Source: Mobula hypostoma (Eukaryota). Taken from it: a stretch of 64,000 bases of DNA. Below, piece by piece: positions 50,773-61,542 of this stretch (the first letter of the stretch is position 1; each line of letters starts with the position of its first letter). The DNA lies in contig NC_086097.1 in assembly GCF_963921235.1 (NCBI RefSeq), forward strand, positions 151,654,001 to 151,718,000. The letters are read 5' to 3'. The notes under the pieces are model-generated. The model did not search any database. It was not told the origin of the DNA and saw only the letters and a list, made by a program, of their open reading frames with translations. A program made the position numbers and the translations under genes.

Positions 50773-51132
50773 GTCCAGCTGAAGGGTCCAGTGACTGACC
50801 ATTTATTAGACAGCCATGATCGAAGTAATCTATTTATTGTAAGATCTGTTCTTTGAAAGTATTACTACCACCAGCAACCTCGTCTTTCATTGGGTTAATT
50901 TTGGAGAAAGGCAGACCAGTATGAAATGCTGTTAACAGCTAAAGATTCTGGAAGAGATTTGTAAGGGAAAGCTGTTAGTAACTGTGGCCAAAGACAATTA
51001 GCAGCCACAGTATTAGAAGCAAGGAACTGCCATCAATCTCATTGGAAGCTCACTGTGTATATCTGGCATTCACTGGGCTGACAGTTGTAGAATGTTTAAT
51101 GGGAAAATATAAGTAAATCTTGGGCTGTAAAT

Positions 51133-51525
51133 CTTACTCTTTGGAGAGAAGGAGGATGAGAGGAGACATGATAGAGGTGTACAAGATAATAAGAGGAATA
51201 AATAGAGTAGATAGCCAGCACCTCTTCCCCAGGGCACCACTGCTCAATACAAGAGGACATGGCTTTAAGGTAAGGGGTGGGAAGTTCAAGGGGGATATTA
51301 GAGGAAGGTTTCTTACTCAGAGAGTGGTTGGTGTGTGGAATGCACTGCCTGAGTCAGTGGTGGAGGTAGATACACTAGTGAAGTTTAAGAGACTACTAGA
51401 CAAGTATATGGAGGAATTTAGGTGGGGGAGTATATGGGAGGCAGGGTTTGAGGGTCGGCACAACATTGTGGGCCAAAGGGCCTGTACTGTGCTGTACTTT
51501 TCTATGTTCTATGTTTTATGTTCTG
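51133..51525 (+). mobile_element. Young CR1 3' end
   Basis: Near-identical to the reverse complement of 25300-25695. Confidence 0.95.
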
Positions 51526-51834
51526 TGTCAATATGAAACAAGTAGATGTAGTGGGAGTTTTTTAAGCAAGTATTCTTGAAGTGCACAAGACCTTTGTGGA
51601 ATGAATCAGACAGATCTAGGGCATTCCAGGAGTTTTCTGAGTTGGTGGGATTGGTGGCAATATCCCAGTTCTGACATTGTGATAATGACTGGATAATCAA
51701 TTTTAGCAATGTGAGCTTTGGATAAAAATGTGTGTGGTACAAACAAGGCTTTTATACTATCCCTTAAAAACACAGACACATTTACGGCACAGAATGAGGG
51801 CATTTGCTTAACAATGTGCATTCCACTCGAGAAA

Positions 51835-52015
51835 TAGCTTCTCCGCTCTGGTGCTCTAGTTTACTCCCACATTCTAAAGTAGTACTGGAAATTGGTCATT
51901 GTAAATTGTCCTATGATTAGGCTCAGGTTAAATAGTTGGATTGTTGTATGGTGCAGCTTATTGCACCAGAAGAACATGTCCTGCACTGTATTTCTAAATA
52001 AAACAAAATTAAAAT
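51835..52015 (+). mobile_element. HE1/V-SINE-like fragment
   Basis: ctctggtgctctagtttactcccacattctaaag...attggtcattgtaaattgtcc resembles the V-domain. Confidence 0.65.
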
Positions 52016-52169
52016 AATATAACTCAGCCCTGCAGGTTACTGCTCTTCAAGGTTAATTCCAAGTAAATGAGAGTTTTTGCCTCTGCAGTCAGTGTGCTTT
52101 AGGTTTCTATTGATATTTGGCTGAGAACTATGTTCTTTATTTCCTCGTTATACTTTCTACCTATTACTT

Positions 52170-52400
52170 TAGCTCGATGGCTCCTGTTTTTGATCCACTA
52201 CTGAATGTTATCGAGAGATTTTGCACTTCCATCAGAAGAGGTAGATGGAGCCTCAGTTCAGATGGCTCAACTGAGAATTGGCAGCTCCAGCGGTTTAACT
52301 CTCCCTCAGTCTGTGCCTTTTGTGTTTGCCCAAATTATATTCTTCGACCCCTGGAGTCAGGTTCCAGATGGAGAATCAGAAAGTTCCTGGCACTGCTCTC
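52170..52400 (-). mobile_element. Ancient Deu-domain SINE (SacSINE1/AmnSINE1-like), decayed
   Basis: gagattttgcacttccatcagaagaggtagatggagcctcagtt...ctccctcagt...ctggagt follows the reverse complement of the DeuSINE core as I recall it. Confidence 0.55.
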
Positions 52401-52489
52401 ATTTCAAAGACTTGATCTCAAAACCTAACCTACCTTTTCAGTGCACCAAATTAAGATTATTTTTCCAATCATGATCAGACAAGGACAAC

Positions 52490-52893
52490 TTAGAGTCATA
52501 GAGCACTACAGCACAGAAACAGTCCTTTTGACCCTTCTAGTCTATGCCAGCCCATTTCACACTCTCACCATCCTCTGAGTGAAGTTTCCCCTTGTGTTCC
52601 CTTTAAATATTTCACCTTTCACCCCTAATGCATGTGTTCTAGCTATAGTCTCATCCAATGTCAAAGGGAAAAGTGTGCTTGCATTTACAATATATACCTT
52701 ATCTATACCCCTTATAATTTTCTACAGCTCCATCAAATCTCCCCTCATTCTCCCACTCTCTAGGGAATGAAGTCCTAAGTTCTTCAACCTTTCCCTATAA
52801 CTGGATCCTCAAATCCTGGTAACATCTTGTAAATATTCTCTTTACTCATTCAATCTTATTGATGTCTTTCCTGTAGCCAGGTGACCAGAATGC
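52490..52893 (-). mobile_element. CR1 3' end
   Basis: agagtcatagag tail and CR1 ORF2 C-terminal motifs. Confidence 0.85.
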
Positions 52894-52895
52894 AA

Positions 52896-53315
52896 TGTTC
52901 AAAGTTCAACGTATATTTATTATCGAAGTACGTATGTCACCATATGCTATCCTGAGATTCATTTTCTTGCAGGTGTTTACAGTAGAACAAATAAATACAA
53001 TAGAATCAAAGAACAGCCTCAGCCATACCTTTATCATGATTCCGTCAATATGTTGGGTCCAGGATGGATCCTCTAAGATGCTGATACCCAGGAAGTTAAA
53101 GCTACTCACCCTTTCTACAACTGACTTCTCAATGAGGATTGGTATGTGTTGTTTTTACTTCTCCTTCATGAAGATCACAATCAATTCCTTGGTCTTGCTG
53201 ACGTTGAGTGCAAGTTTGTCGTTGCAACAGCACTCAACTGCCAATCTATCTCATTCCTGTATTCCTTTCATCACCTTCTGAGATTCTGCCAACAACAATG
53301 GTGTTATTGGTGAAT
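52896..53315 (-). mobile_element. Rex1/Babar tail plus RT fragment (internally deleted)
   Basis: gttcaaagttcaa tail. SSFNFLGISILEDPSW and LNVSKTKELIV motifs. Confidence 0.8.
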
Positions 53316-53935
53316 GGAGTGAAGACTTGTGTGTTAAATGCCAAACAACAAGTAGCACCAAATTAACAAAAATCCATTCTGAAATTTTTGTTTTTGCTGA
53401 GGTCCGATCTCTACATTTTTACTCTTTCCATATCATTAACTTTTTACATCTAGACAACTTTAGGCAACAATGTGTGACTGATTAGCATGCCTACTGCTCC
53501 TTAATTGAAGATCATCAGAGAAAAATATCTAATCATCGTTATCACTGCTCAAAGGATCACTATAATTGCACTTTAAGGAACTTAATCCTACAGCTTTGCA
53601 ATAAAAGGACATTAAACTTTATACTAATAACCAGATCATTAAATATTGGAAACCATTTATAGTAAAAGAAGTCATTAAGTATGGCATTTGAGTAAAAGTC
53701 ATATAATTAAAATTATGAGAGCACAACGGTCAGGAATTAACAGGGCCATTCAGTTCTATTGTTGAAGTGAGTGTATTTTGTGCTAACCTTAACTATTTTG
53801 CACCAGTCTGGTTGATTCTTGCATTTCTCTTGGGTCTGCTTTGGAGAAAATTCGGGGCTCATTGAAGTTGGCAATGTTAGCATAATGTTTTTTGCTATTT
53901 CAGACATTTTGTGATGAGCATCATGCGCTCTCATA

Positions 53936-54115
53936 TCAAAGTTCATAGTTCAAAGTAAATTTTATTATCATATTATATATCTGTCACCATATACAACCGT
54001 GAGATTCATTTTCTTGTGGGCAAACTCGACAAATCTATATAATAGTAACTATAGCAGAATCAAGGAAAGACCACCCAGCTAGGGCATTCAGACCCGTCAC
54101 ATTTCAAAGACAACA
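53936..54115 (-). mobile_element. Rex1/Babar-type 3' UTR
   Basis: caaagttcatagttcaaagtaaattttatt...gagattcattttcttg, shared with 44211-44330 and 52896-53010. Confidence 0.7.
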
Positions 54116-54583
54116 CCGGGGTAAAGTTCCCTGTGGCAACATGTCTCAGTCCTTTCCCACCAATAAAGAGATGATCCTGCTTTGAATGAGATGAAGAAGT
54201 GAGTGCAACATGGCATTGATTTTGAAGTGGTCTCAAGCTGTGGGCGCTTGTTCATTTGAAACTGGGTTCACTTAATAGGGCAGATTTTTCTTCAGATGTC
54301 ATTGTTCTCTCTGGTGGGTTTCTGATGCACACGTTTTACACATTGAAGAACTTGAACAACAGTTCTAGCAATAGTAAATGTATCTTGCTGCCATGCCTAT
54401 TGATAACAAAAAATATTTAATGGTGTCAATTAACATGCAGTTACCATACTATGCAAATCAATGGCTTATATTTACCTTGCACTTATTTTGTTCCTTTCAT
54501 AGATGCACCATAGAAGTCTTCTATCTCGATGTATCACGGCTTGGTATAGCAACTTCTCTACAGCAAGAAACAGTGGAGGGTTG

Positions 54584-55591
54584 TGGACTTCTGGTCAAGG
54601 TGGCACCTTCATACAATGCTCCTTTGGTCAATGTCTTCTGGATAGATCATGAAACCATATATTTCACTTTTATGTCTTTTTACATTTATATTTTACCTTG
54701 TATATGATTCTAGAACTGTTGGTGCCCGTGATTTGCTGTCTGGAGAGCATCTGGGTGTTTCAACGCTCTGCAGTTTCAAATAGTATTCTGGAAGGCAGAG
54801 GCAGTGTATGTGAAACTCAAGGCGGGCAGGCTTCAGGAAGAAATGCAAGCTGAGTTTGACTCCATTTTGCCATTTAAAGCTTCTGTTGTTCGATGACTAA
54901 AGTGACGAGGGAGATTGAAACGTTGAGGTGAATTACAGAAGGTGAGCACTAGCTGCCTGTCTTTTGATCACTCTGCTACTAGAGAGGGGAGAGCCTGCCA
55001 CTGTGCCTGGAGAATGTTACCCGGGTTTTATGTGTTTTGGTTGTGGGCTTGGACTATTGACCCATTTGTCAGTCTTATAGTTTTTTATATTCTGTGTTTC
55101 TTGCCTGAACTTTCTCATTTTTTTTTGTGCAGGAAGGGGATTTGGGGGTCAATGTGCCTATACCGTTTTGTTCTATTTTTTTGCAAAAGGGGGGAATTTG
55201 TGGTGATGTGCCTGTTCTGTTTCTGTTCATATTTTTGTGTGAGGAGGAGGGATTTGGGGGTTGATGTGCCCATTCTGTTTTTGTTCGTTTTCTTGGACAG
55301 GAAGGGAGATTTGGGGGTTAATGTGCCTGTTTTGTTTTTGTTCGTTGTTTTAGACGGGAGGAGGGATTTGGGGGTTGAAGTGCCCATTCTGTTTTTGTTC
55401 GTTTTTTTTGGACAGGAGGGGGGATTTAGGGGTTAATGTGCCTGCTCTGATTTTGTTTGTTCTTTTTGTGCAGTGGGGTGGGAATTGGGGTTGACAATCA
55501 TGCTGCCTTTCTTTTCTTTCTTGGTTTCATGGCTACCTGGAGAAGAAGAATTTCAGAGTTGTATACTTTGATAATAAGTGAACCTTTGAAC
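54584..55591 (+). mobile_element. Non-autonomous Rex-tailed retroposon carrying a minisatellite
   Basis: Head acttctggtcaaggtggc and tail tactttgataataagtgaacctttgaac. No recognisable protein. Confidence 0.5.
55117..55500. repeat. Minisatellite, about 57-bp unit, about 7 imperfect copies
   Basis: Recurrent gggatttgggggt(t/c)(a/g)atgtgcc...ttttgttcgtttt near 55137, 55193, 55249, 55306, 55362, 55421 and 55481. Confidence 0.9.
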
Positions 55592-55599
55592 AGGAAAGC

Positions 55600-57345
55600 A
55601 CATCATGAAAAAAAGCCTTCCCTCAAGAGACTACAACTTGCTGCCTCAGTAACACAATCAAAGAACCATCCAACCAAGGACATTTTCTCCAGCCTCGCAT
55701 CAGGGAAAAGATACAAGAACCAGAAATCACGTACAACAAAGCTCAAGAATAGCTTCTATGTCACTGCTACAAGACTATTTCCTGGTTCCTTAATATGACA
55801 AGATGGACTCTTAACATCACAATTTACTATGTCATGATCTTGCAGATTAATGTCTGCCAATCTTGTACTTCCTGTGTTATAAGACCATAGCTCTGTAAGG
55901 TATAGGAGCAGAATTAGGCCATTTGGCTCATCATGTTGATCCAATTTTCCTCTCAACCCTAATCTCCTGCCTTCTCCTCAAATTGCTTCAGGCCCTCACC
56001 AATCAAGAATCTATTAACCTCTGCCTTAAATATCCATAAAGACTTGATCTCCACAGCTGCCTGTAGCAAAGAATTCCACAGATTGATCACTCTCTGGTTA
56101 AAGAAATTCTTCCTCTTCTCTATTCTAAAAGAACCCTCCCTCTATTTTCAGAGTGCGTCCATAGGTCTTAGACACTCCCACCAGAGAAAACATCCTCTCC
56201 ACATCCACTCTAGCAAGGCCTTTCACCATTCGATAGGTTTCAATGAGGTCACCCATCAATCTTCCAAATTCTGGTGAATACTGGCCTGGAACCATCAAAT
56301 ACTCTTCATATGACAAGCCATTCAATCCAGGAATCATTTTCATGAACCATCTTTGAAACCTCTCCAATTTCAGCACAACCTTTCTACGATAAGGGACCCA
56401 AACCTGTTCACAATACTCCAAGTGAGGCCTCACCAGTGCTTTACAAAGTCTCAACATTATATCCTTGCTTTTATATTCTAGTCCTTTTGAAATGAATGTT
56501 AACATTGCATTTTCCTTCCTCACCACGGACTCAACCTGCAAATTAACCTTTTGGGAACCCTGCACATGGACTCTCAAGTCCCTTTGCACCTCAGTTTGTT
56601 GTATTTTCTATCTATTTAGAAGATCATCAACCCTTTCATTTCTTCTACCAAAGTGCATGACCATAAATTTCCTGACACTGTATCCCATCTGCCATTCCTT
56701 TGCCCATTTTCCTAAGCTGTCTAAGTCCTTCTGTAGCCTCTCTATTCCAAAAGTAGCTGCTCCTCCACCTATCTTCATATCGTCTGCAAACATTTCAACA
56801 AAGCCATCAACTTCATCATCCAAATCATTGACATATAACATAAAAAGAATCAGTTCCAACACAGACCCTTGTGGAACACCACGAGTCACTGGCAGATAGC
56901 CAGAAAAGGCCCCCTTTATTCCCACTCTTTGCCCCCTGCCAATCAGCCACTGCTTTATCCATGCTAGAACCTTTCCTGTAATACCACGGGCTTGTAGCTT
57001 GTTAAGCAGTCTCATCTGTGGCACCTTGTCAAAGTCCTTCTGAAAATCTAAGTACACAACATCAACAGATTCTCCTTTGTCTATGCTGCTTGTTATTTCT
57101 TCAAAGAATGCCAACAAATTTGTCAAGCAAGATTTTCCCTTGAGGAAACTAAGTTGGTTACGGCCTATTTTATCATGTGTGTCCAAGTACCCTGGGACCT
57201 CATCCTCAACAATCGACTCCAACATTTCCTTGTACTTTCTCTGTGTACTGATGTGATGAAATGACCTGTATAGGTGACATGCAAAACAAAGTTTTTCATT
57301 GTACTTTGGTACATGTGACAATAATAAAGCATTAACAATTACTAA
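55600..57345 (+). mobile_element. Rex1/Babar 3' end split by CR1
   Basis: FSSLASGKRYK..KSRTTKLKNSFY. The 3' UTR resumes at about 57229 with a near-duplicated cttgtactt..tgtgt. Confidence 0.7.
55880..57228 (-). mobile_element. CR1 RT to 3' end
   Basis: ORFs 56608-57372 ([17 protein letters not shown]) and 56125-56589. Confidence 0.95.
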
Positions 57346-57454
57346 CAAATATAGCCAATGACAACCATTCACATTCTGCCTTTTTAGGAAAGCTTCTAAC
57401 TTTTTATGTAGATTTATATACTCTGCATTAATCTCTTGGGTGTTTCAAGCTGAT

Positions 57455-58270
57455 TTGATTGAATTGAATTGACTTTAATACTTACATCCTTTACATACAC
57501 AAGGAGTAAAAATCTTTACGTTATGTCTCCATCTAAATATGCAATGTGCAATTTATAGTATTTTGTAATAAATAGTACATACAGTAGGACAGTCAATATA
57601 AGCTAGAAGTACAATTGTGTCAGCATGAATTAATCAGTCTGATGGCCTGGTGGAAGAAGCTGTCCCGGAGCCTGTTGGTTCTGGCTTTTATGCTACAGTA
57701 CCGTTTCCCAGATGATAGCAGCTGGAACAGTTTGTGGTTGGGGTGACTCAGGTCCCTAATGATCCTTCGGGCTCTTTTTACACACCTGTCTTTGTAAATG
57801 TCCTGAATAGTGAGAAGTTCACATCTACAGATGCACTGGGCTGTCCGCACCACTCTCTGCAGAGTCCTGTGATTGAGGGAAGTACAGTTCATATACCAGA
57901 CAGTGATGCAGCCAGTCAGGATGCTCTCAGTTGTGACCCTGTAGGAAGTTCTTAGGATATGTCTGAAGTGAAAGAGGTGCTGTTGTGCTTTTCTCACCAC
58001 ACAGCTGGTATGTACAAACCAGGTGAGATCCTCAGTGATGTGTATGCCGAGGAAATTACAGCTGTTCACCCTCTCCATCCCAGATCCATTGATGTCAATA
58101 GGAGTTAGCCTGTCTCCATTCCTCCTGTAGTCCACAACCAGCTCCTTTGTTTTTGCGACTGAGGGAGAGGTTGCTTCTTGATACCAATATGTCAAGGTAA
58201 TGACTTATTCTCCGTAGGCTGCCTCATTATTGTATGAGATTAGGTGAATCGATGTAGTATCATCAGCTGA
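57455..58270 (-). mobile_element. Rex1/Babar 3' portion
   Basis: ORF 57620-58195 KTKELVVDYRR...FLGIHITEDLTW...ESILTGCITVWY...RLRDSFFHQAIRLIN. (attga)n tail. Confidence 0.92.
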
Positions 58271-58441
58271 AGTAGCAAGACAAAGAAGCTCTCAGAACAG
58301 AAGCCACAGCTCCATTGTTCCTATCTTCCATGCATTATGGAGGAGTTATTTGGCTGTCAGAATAATGTAATTGTTATACTGTATGTTCGGTTTTATCAGG
58401 AAGTCACGAAACATTTTTAGTATAAAGGAAAGTTAGAAAAG

Positions 58442-58700
58442 AGAACATAAGAATATACACAAGAAGCAGCAACTGGAATAGGCAATTTGCCCTCTTGCTT
58501 GCTCCACCATTCAATAAGATCATGACTTTGCATTATGTTTCTGTGCTATCCCACATCCTATGATTCCCTTTACATGCAAGAAATATGTTGATGTCTGCCT
58601 TGAGTATCCTCAGCAACTAGTTCTCCATAGCCTTCTTGGGTAGAGAATTCAAAAGATTCAACAACATTTTAGTAAAGAAATTCCTTCGCATCTCAGTTCT
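58442..58700 (-). mobile_element. Old CR1 3' end
   Basis: agaacataagaat tail and RTEMRRNFF motif at the truncation point. Confidence 0.8.
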
Positions 58701-58788
58701 GCTCAGCACTACTTTGTTTAGTGGCCCATGAGAATTTTTCACAAATGTACAAAATTCTCATGGGCCACTTGATAAAGTAGTGTAGGGC
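58701..58788. repeat. 88-nt hairpin (32-bp arms, 12-nt loop)
   Basis: Arms 58707-58738 and 58751-58782 have 29/32 Watson-Crick pairs, plus two G-U pairs in + strand RNA. Confidence 0.95.
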
Positions 58789-58964
58789 TCTCCCTGGATG
58801 GGGTCATAGGTCACTATTTCAAAATAAGAAGTGCAGAGTCCAAGTCTGCCTAATTTTTACTCAAAAATCAGAATCAATTTTGTGAGGCTTCATTGCATAT
58901 TTTCATTTGAAAGTGTACTTTTCCTTGGGTAATAAGACCACGTTTGTACACAATAGTATAAGTA

Positions 58965-60215
58965 TTGTCTCACTGGGGTCTTGGGATCCATGTCCATAGA
59001 TCTCTCAAATTTGCTGCACTATTGATAGGTTTGTTAAAAATGTATGGTCTGTTAGTCTTTATTAGTTGGGGGATTGAATTCAAGAGCCATGAATTAGCTT
59101 GATAAAACCCTGGTAGACCACACTTAGAATATTGTGTTCAATCTGGTTACCTCATTATAGGAGGGATGTGGAAACTTTAGAGAGGGTGCAGATGAGCTTT
59201 ACTAGACATCATGTCTTGTGAAATTAGAAACATAGAAAACCTACTGCACAATACAGGCCCTTCGGCCCACAAAGTTGTGCTGAACATGTCCCTCCCTTAG
59301 AAATTACTAGGCTTGCCTATAGCCCTTTATTTTTCTAGGCTCCATGTACCTATCTAAAAGTCTCTTAAAAGACCCTATCGTATCCGCCTCCACCACCGTT
59401 GCCGGCAGCCCATTCCATGCACTCACCACTCTCTGAGTGAAAAAAACTTACCTCCGACATCTCCTCTGTACCTTCTTCCCAGCACCTTAAACCTGTGCCC
59501 TCTTATGGCAACCATTTCAGCCCTGGGAAAAAGCCTCTGACTATTCACATGATCAATGCCTCTCATCATCTTATACACCTCTATCAGGTCACCTCTCATC
59601 CTCCGTCGCTCCAAGGAGAAAAGGCCAAGTTAAGCAAACTAGGGCTTTTCTCTTTGAAGTGCAGGAGGATGAGATGTAACTTGATAGAAGTATATACAAT
59701 AATAAGAGGCATAGATCGAGTGGATCGCTAGAGAAGCGACTAAATCAAGGGGGCATGATTTTAAGGTGATTGGAGAAAAGTACAGGAGGATTGACAGAGG
59801 TAAGTTCTTCACATAGAGTGGTGGGTGTGTGGAATGCCTTGCCAGGGGTGGTGGTAGTGGGAGATAAATTAGGGGCATTTAAAAAAAATCTTTTAAGTCA
59901 GAACTTGGATGAAAAAGGATCTGGTGCTTTCCCAGCATATATGATGGATAAACTCTTCTTGGGCTTCCAACTGGATACGGTATCGATTTAACTGACCTCT
60001 TGGTGACAAATTCTGCCATCTTCATCAGGGATTGATACCCGTACCTGGCTGGCAGCACAAGAAGAGTTTATTATGGGCATGGATGATAGAAAAAAAATGG
60101 AGGGCTATGTAAGAGGGAAGGACTATATTGAACTTAGAGTACATTAAAAGATCGGCATAACATTGTGTGCTGAAGGGTCTGTATTCTGCAGTAATGTTCT
60201 ATTTTCTATGTTCTA
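58965..60215 (+). mobile_element. CR1 3' portion with nested CR1 (59224-59627, -) and PLE fold-back (59915-60075)
   Basis: RPHLEYCVQ before the insert, LGLFSLK.RRMR after it, and a ttctatgttct tail at about 60205. Confidence 0.85.
59915..60075. mobile_element. Second-lineage PLE terminal fold-back with hammerhead remnant
   Basis: Inverted arms ataaactcttcttgggcttccaac.. (from 59948) and ..ggctggcagcacaagaagagtttat (to 60071). Minus strand ctgatgaagatggcagaatttgtcacc. Confidence 0.65.
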
Positions 60216-60244
60216 ACTTAAGATGACCAGAAAGTGTTGGCCTT

Positions 60245-60445
60245 TGATCAGTGGTTTCACTACTCTGAGACTGCGGCTACATATTCAAACTCCACTCCAG
60301 AATTCTGAAGGCCACGCCAAGGCTGATGATTCATTTGGAAGAGTCTCCTGTTATCTTTCATCTTGTAAAAAGTAAAAGACCTTCATGCACAGTCAGTGGG
60401 GGATGACTTGTATCCCTTAACCAATTTCACTTAAGTAGATTATGA
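60245..60445 (+). mobile_element. Ancient Deu-domain SINE (SacSINE1-like), decayed
   Basis: tRNA-like head tcagtgg...ttcaaactccactccaga...aggctga, then gtaaaagac..catgcac and tatcccttaaccaat..cact...agattat. Confidence 0.55.
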
Positions 60446-60806
60446 GGCACTGAAAACACTCCTACATGTCTGTAAGCATCTGTGAAGAAAGAGGGAAGCT
60501 AAGGAAATGTGAAAACGGCTGATGCCAGAAATCTCAATTAAAGTAGAGCATGCTCGATGTACTCAGCAGGTCAGTGGCATCGATGGAGAGAGGAACACTT
60601 TCAGCTCAACGACTTTTTACCAAGGAGACTTCCTTCATTACCTGTCTGTCTTTTATGTGACCTCATGAGCACTTCCATTATTTCCTGCTCTAATTTCTGG
60701 TCTCTAGGATCTATTTGACTTCACTTTTAAACTAAAGTGGACCTGATGCCCAGTTAAGTTTTTGTAGTTTGTTGGCCAATTTCCTGATGCTGCACAGGTG
60801 GCCTTT

Positions 60807-61015
60807 GCAACATGCACAACACGCTGGAGGAACTCAGCAGGTCGGGCGGCATCCGTGGAAACGATGAGACAACATTTCGGGATGGAACCCTTCATCAGGA
60901 CGAAGGATAGGGTTCCTGAAACGTTGACTGATTGTTTCCACAGATGCTGCCCAACCTGCTGAGTTCCTCCAGTGTGTTGTGAGTGTTGCTTTGACCCCAG
61001 CATCTGCAGAGTATT
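60807..61015. mobile_element. PLE-derived fold-back element with 76-bp inverted arms
   Basis: Arms 60807-60882 and 60914-60989 are 65/76 identical. Hammerhead core ctgatgaagggttccatcccgaaa on the minus strand. Confidence 0.9.
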
Positions 61016-61542
61016 TTGTTTACAGGTGACCTTTGGGCTGATGTACCCTGAATAATGACAAGTTAATGTAGCAATTCCTCTGCATAGTTGTCTATATTGT
61101 AATGCAGTGGGGAACATATCATTATAGAACAGGTAATCTACATTGAAGGCAATTAGAAGCATTTCACTGGTACCAAAGCGAGCAATTTGTGGGAACTACA
61201 ATCTGTGGGAAATGCAGAAAATACTGAGAATAATACAAACCTGGGTGATTAGTGATGCCATAAACTTCCAATTTCATGAAAAATATAAAATTAAAAATAT
61301 GTTTCGGCAGCTTCCCAGGGTCAAAATCTGACCCAGGATCTCCACCAAGACTAATAATAAGCCCATTGACTGTGTCAGGAAGGTACCCCAGACAATGAAA
61401 AGGGCAACTAATCAATTGAGAAATGGGAACAGCAGCAAAATTTAGGTCTAGAACCTAACTTGTTCATTCAATTTTGTTTAACAGAATTATAATTTTTTGA
61501 TGAGATAACCAGTGAGGAATTACTTCCATTAGATAGTAACTA

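Noticed and set aside
54942..55436. Repetitive 164-aa ORF
   Set aside because: Translation of the minisatellite.
55117..55500. CRISPR-like periodicity
   Set aside because: Whole units are repeated with no unique spacers, in a vertebrate context with no cas genes.
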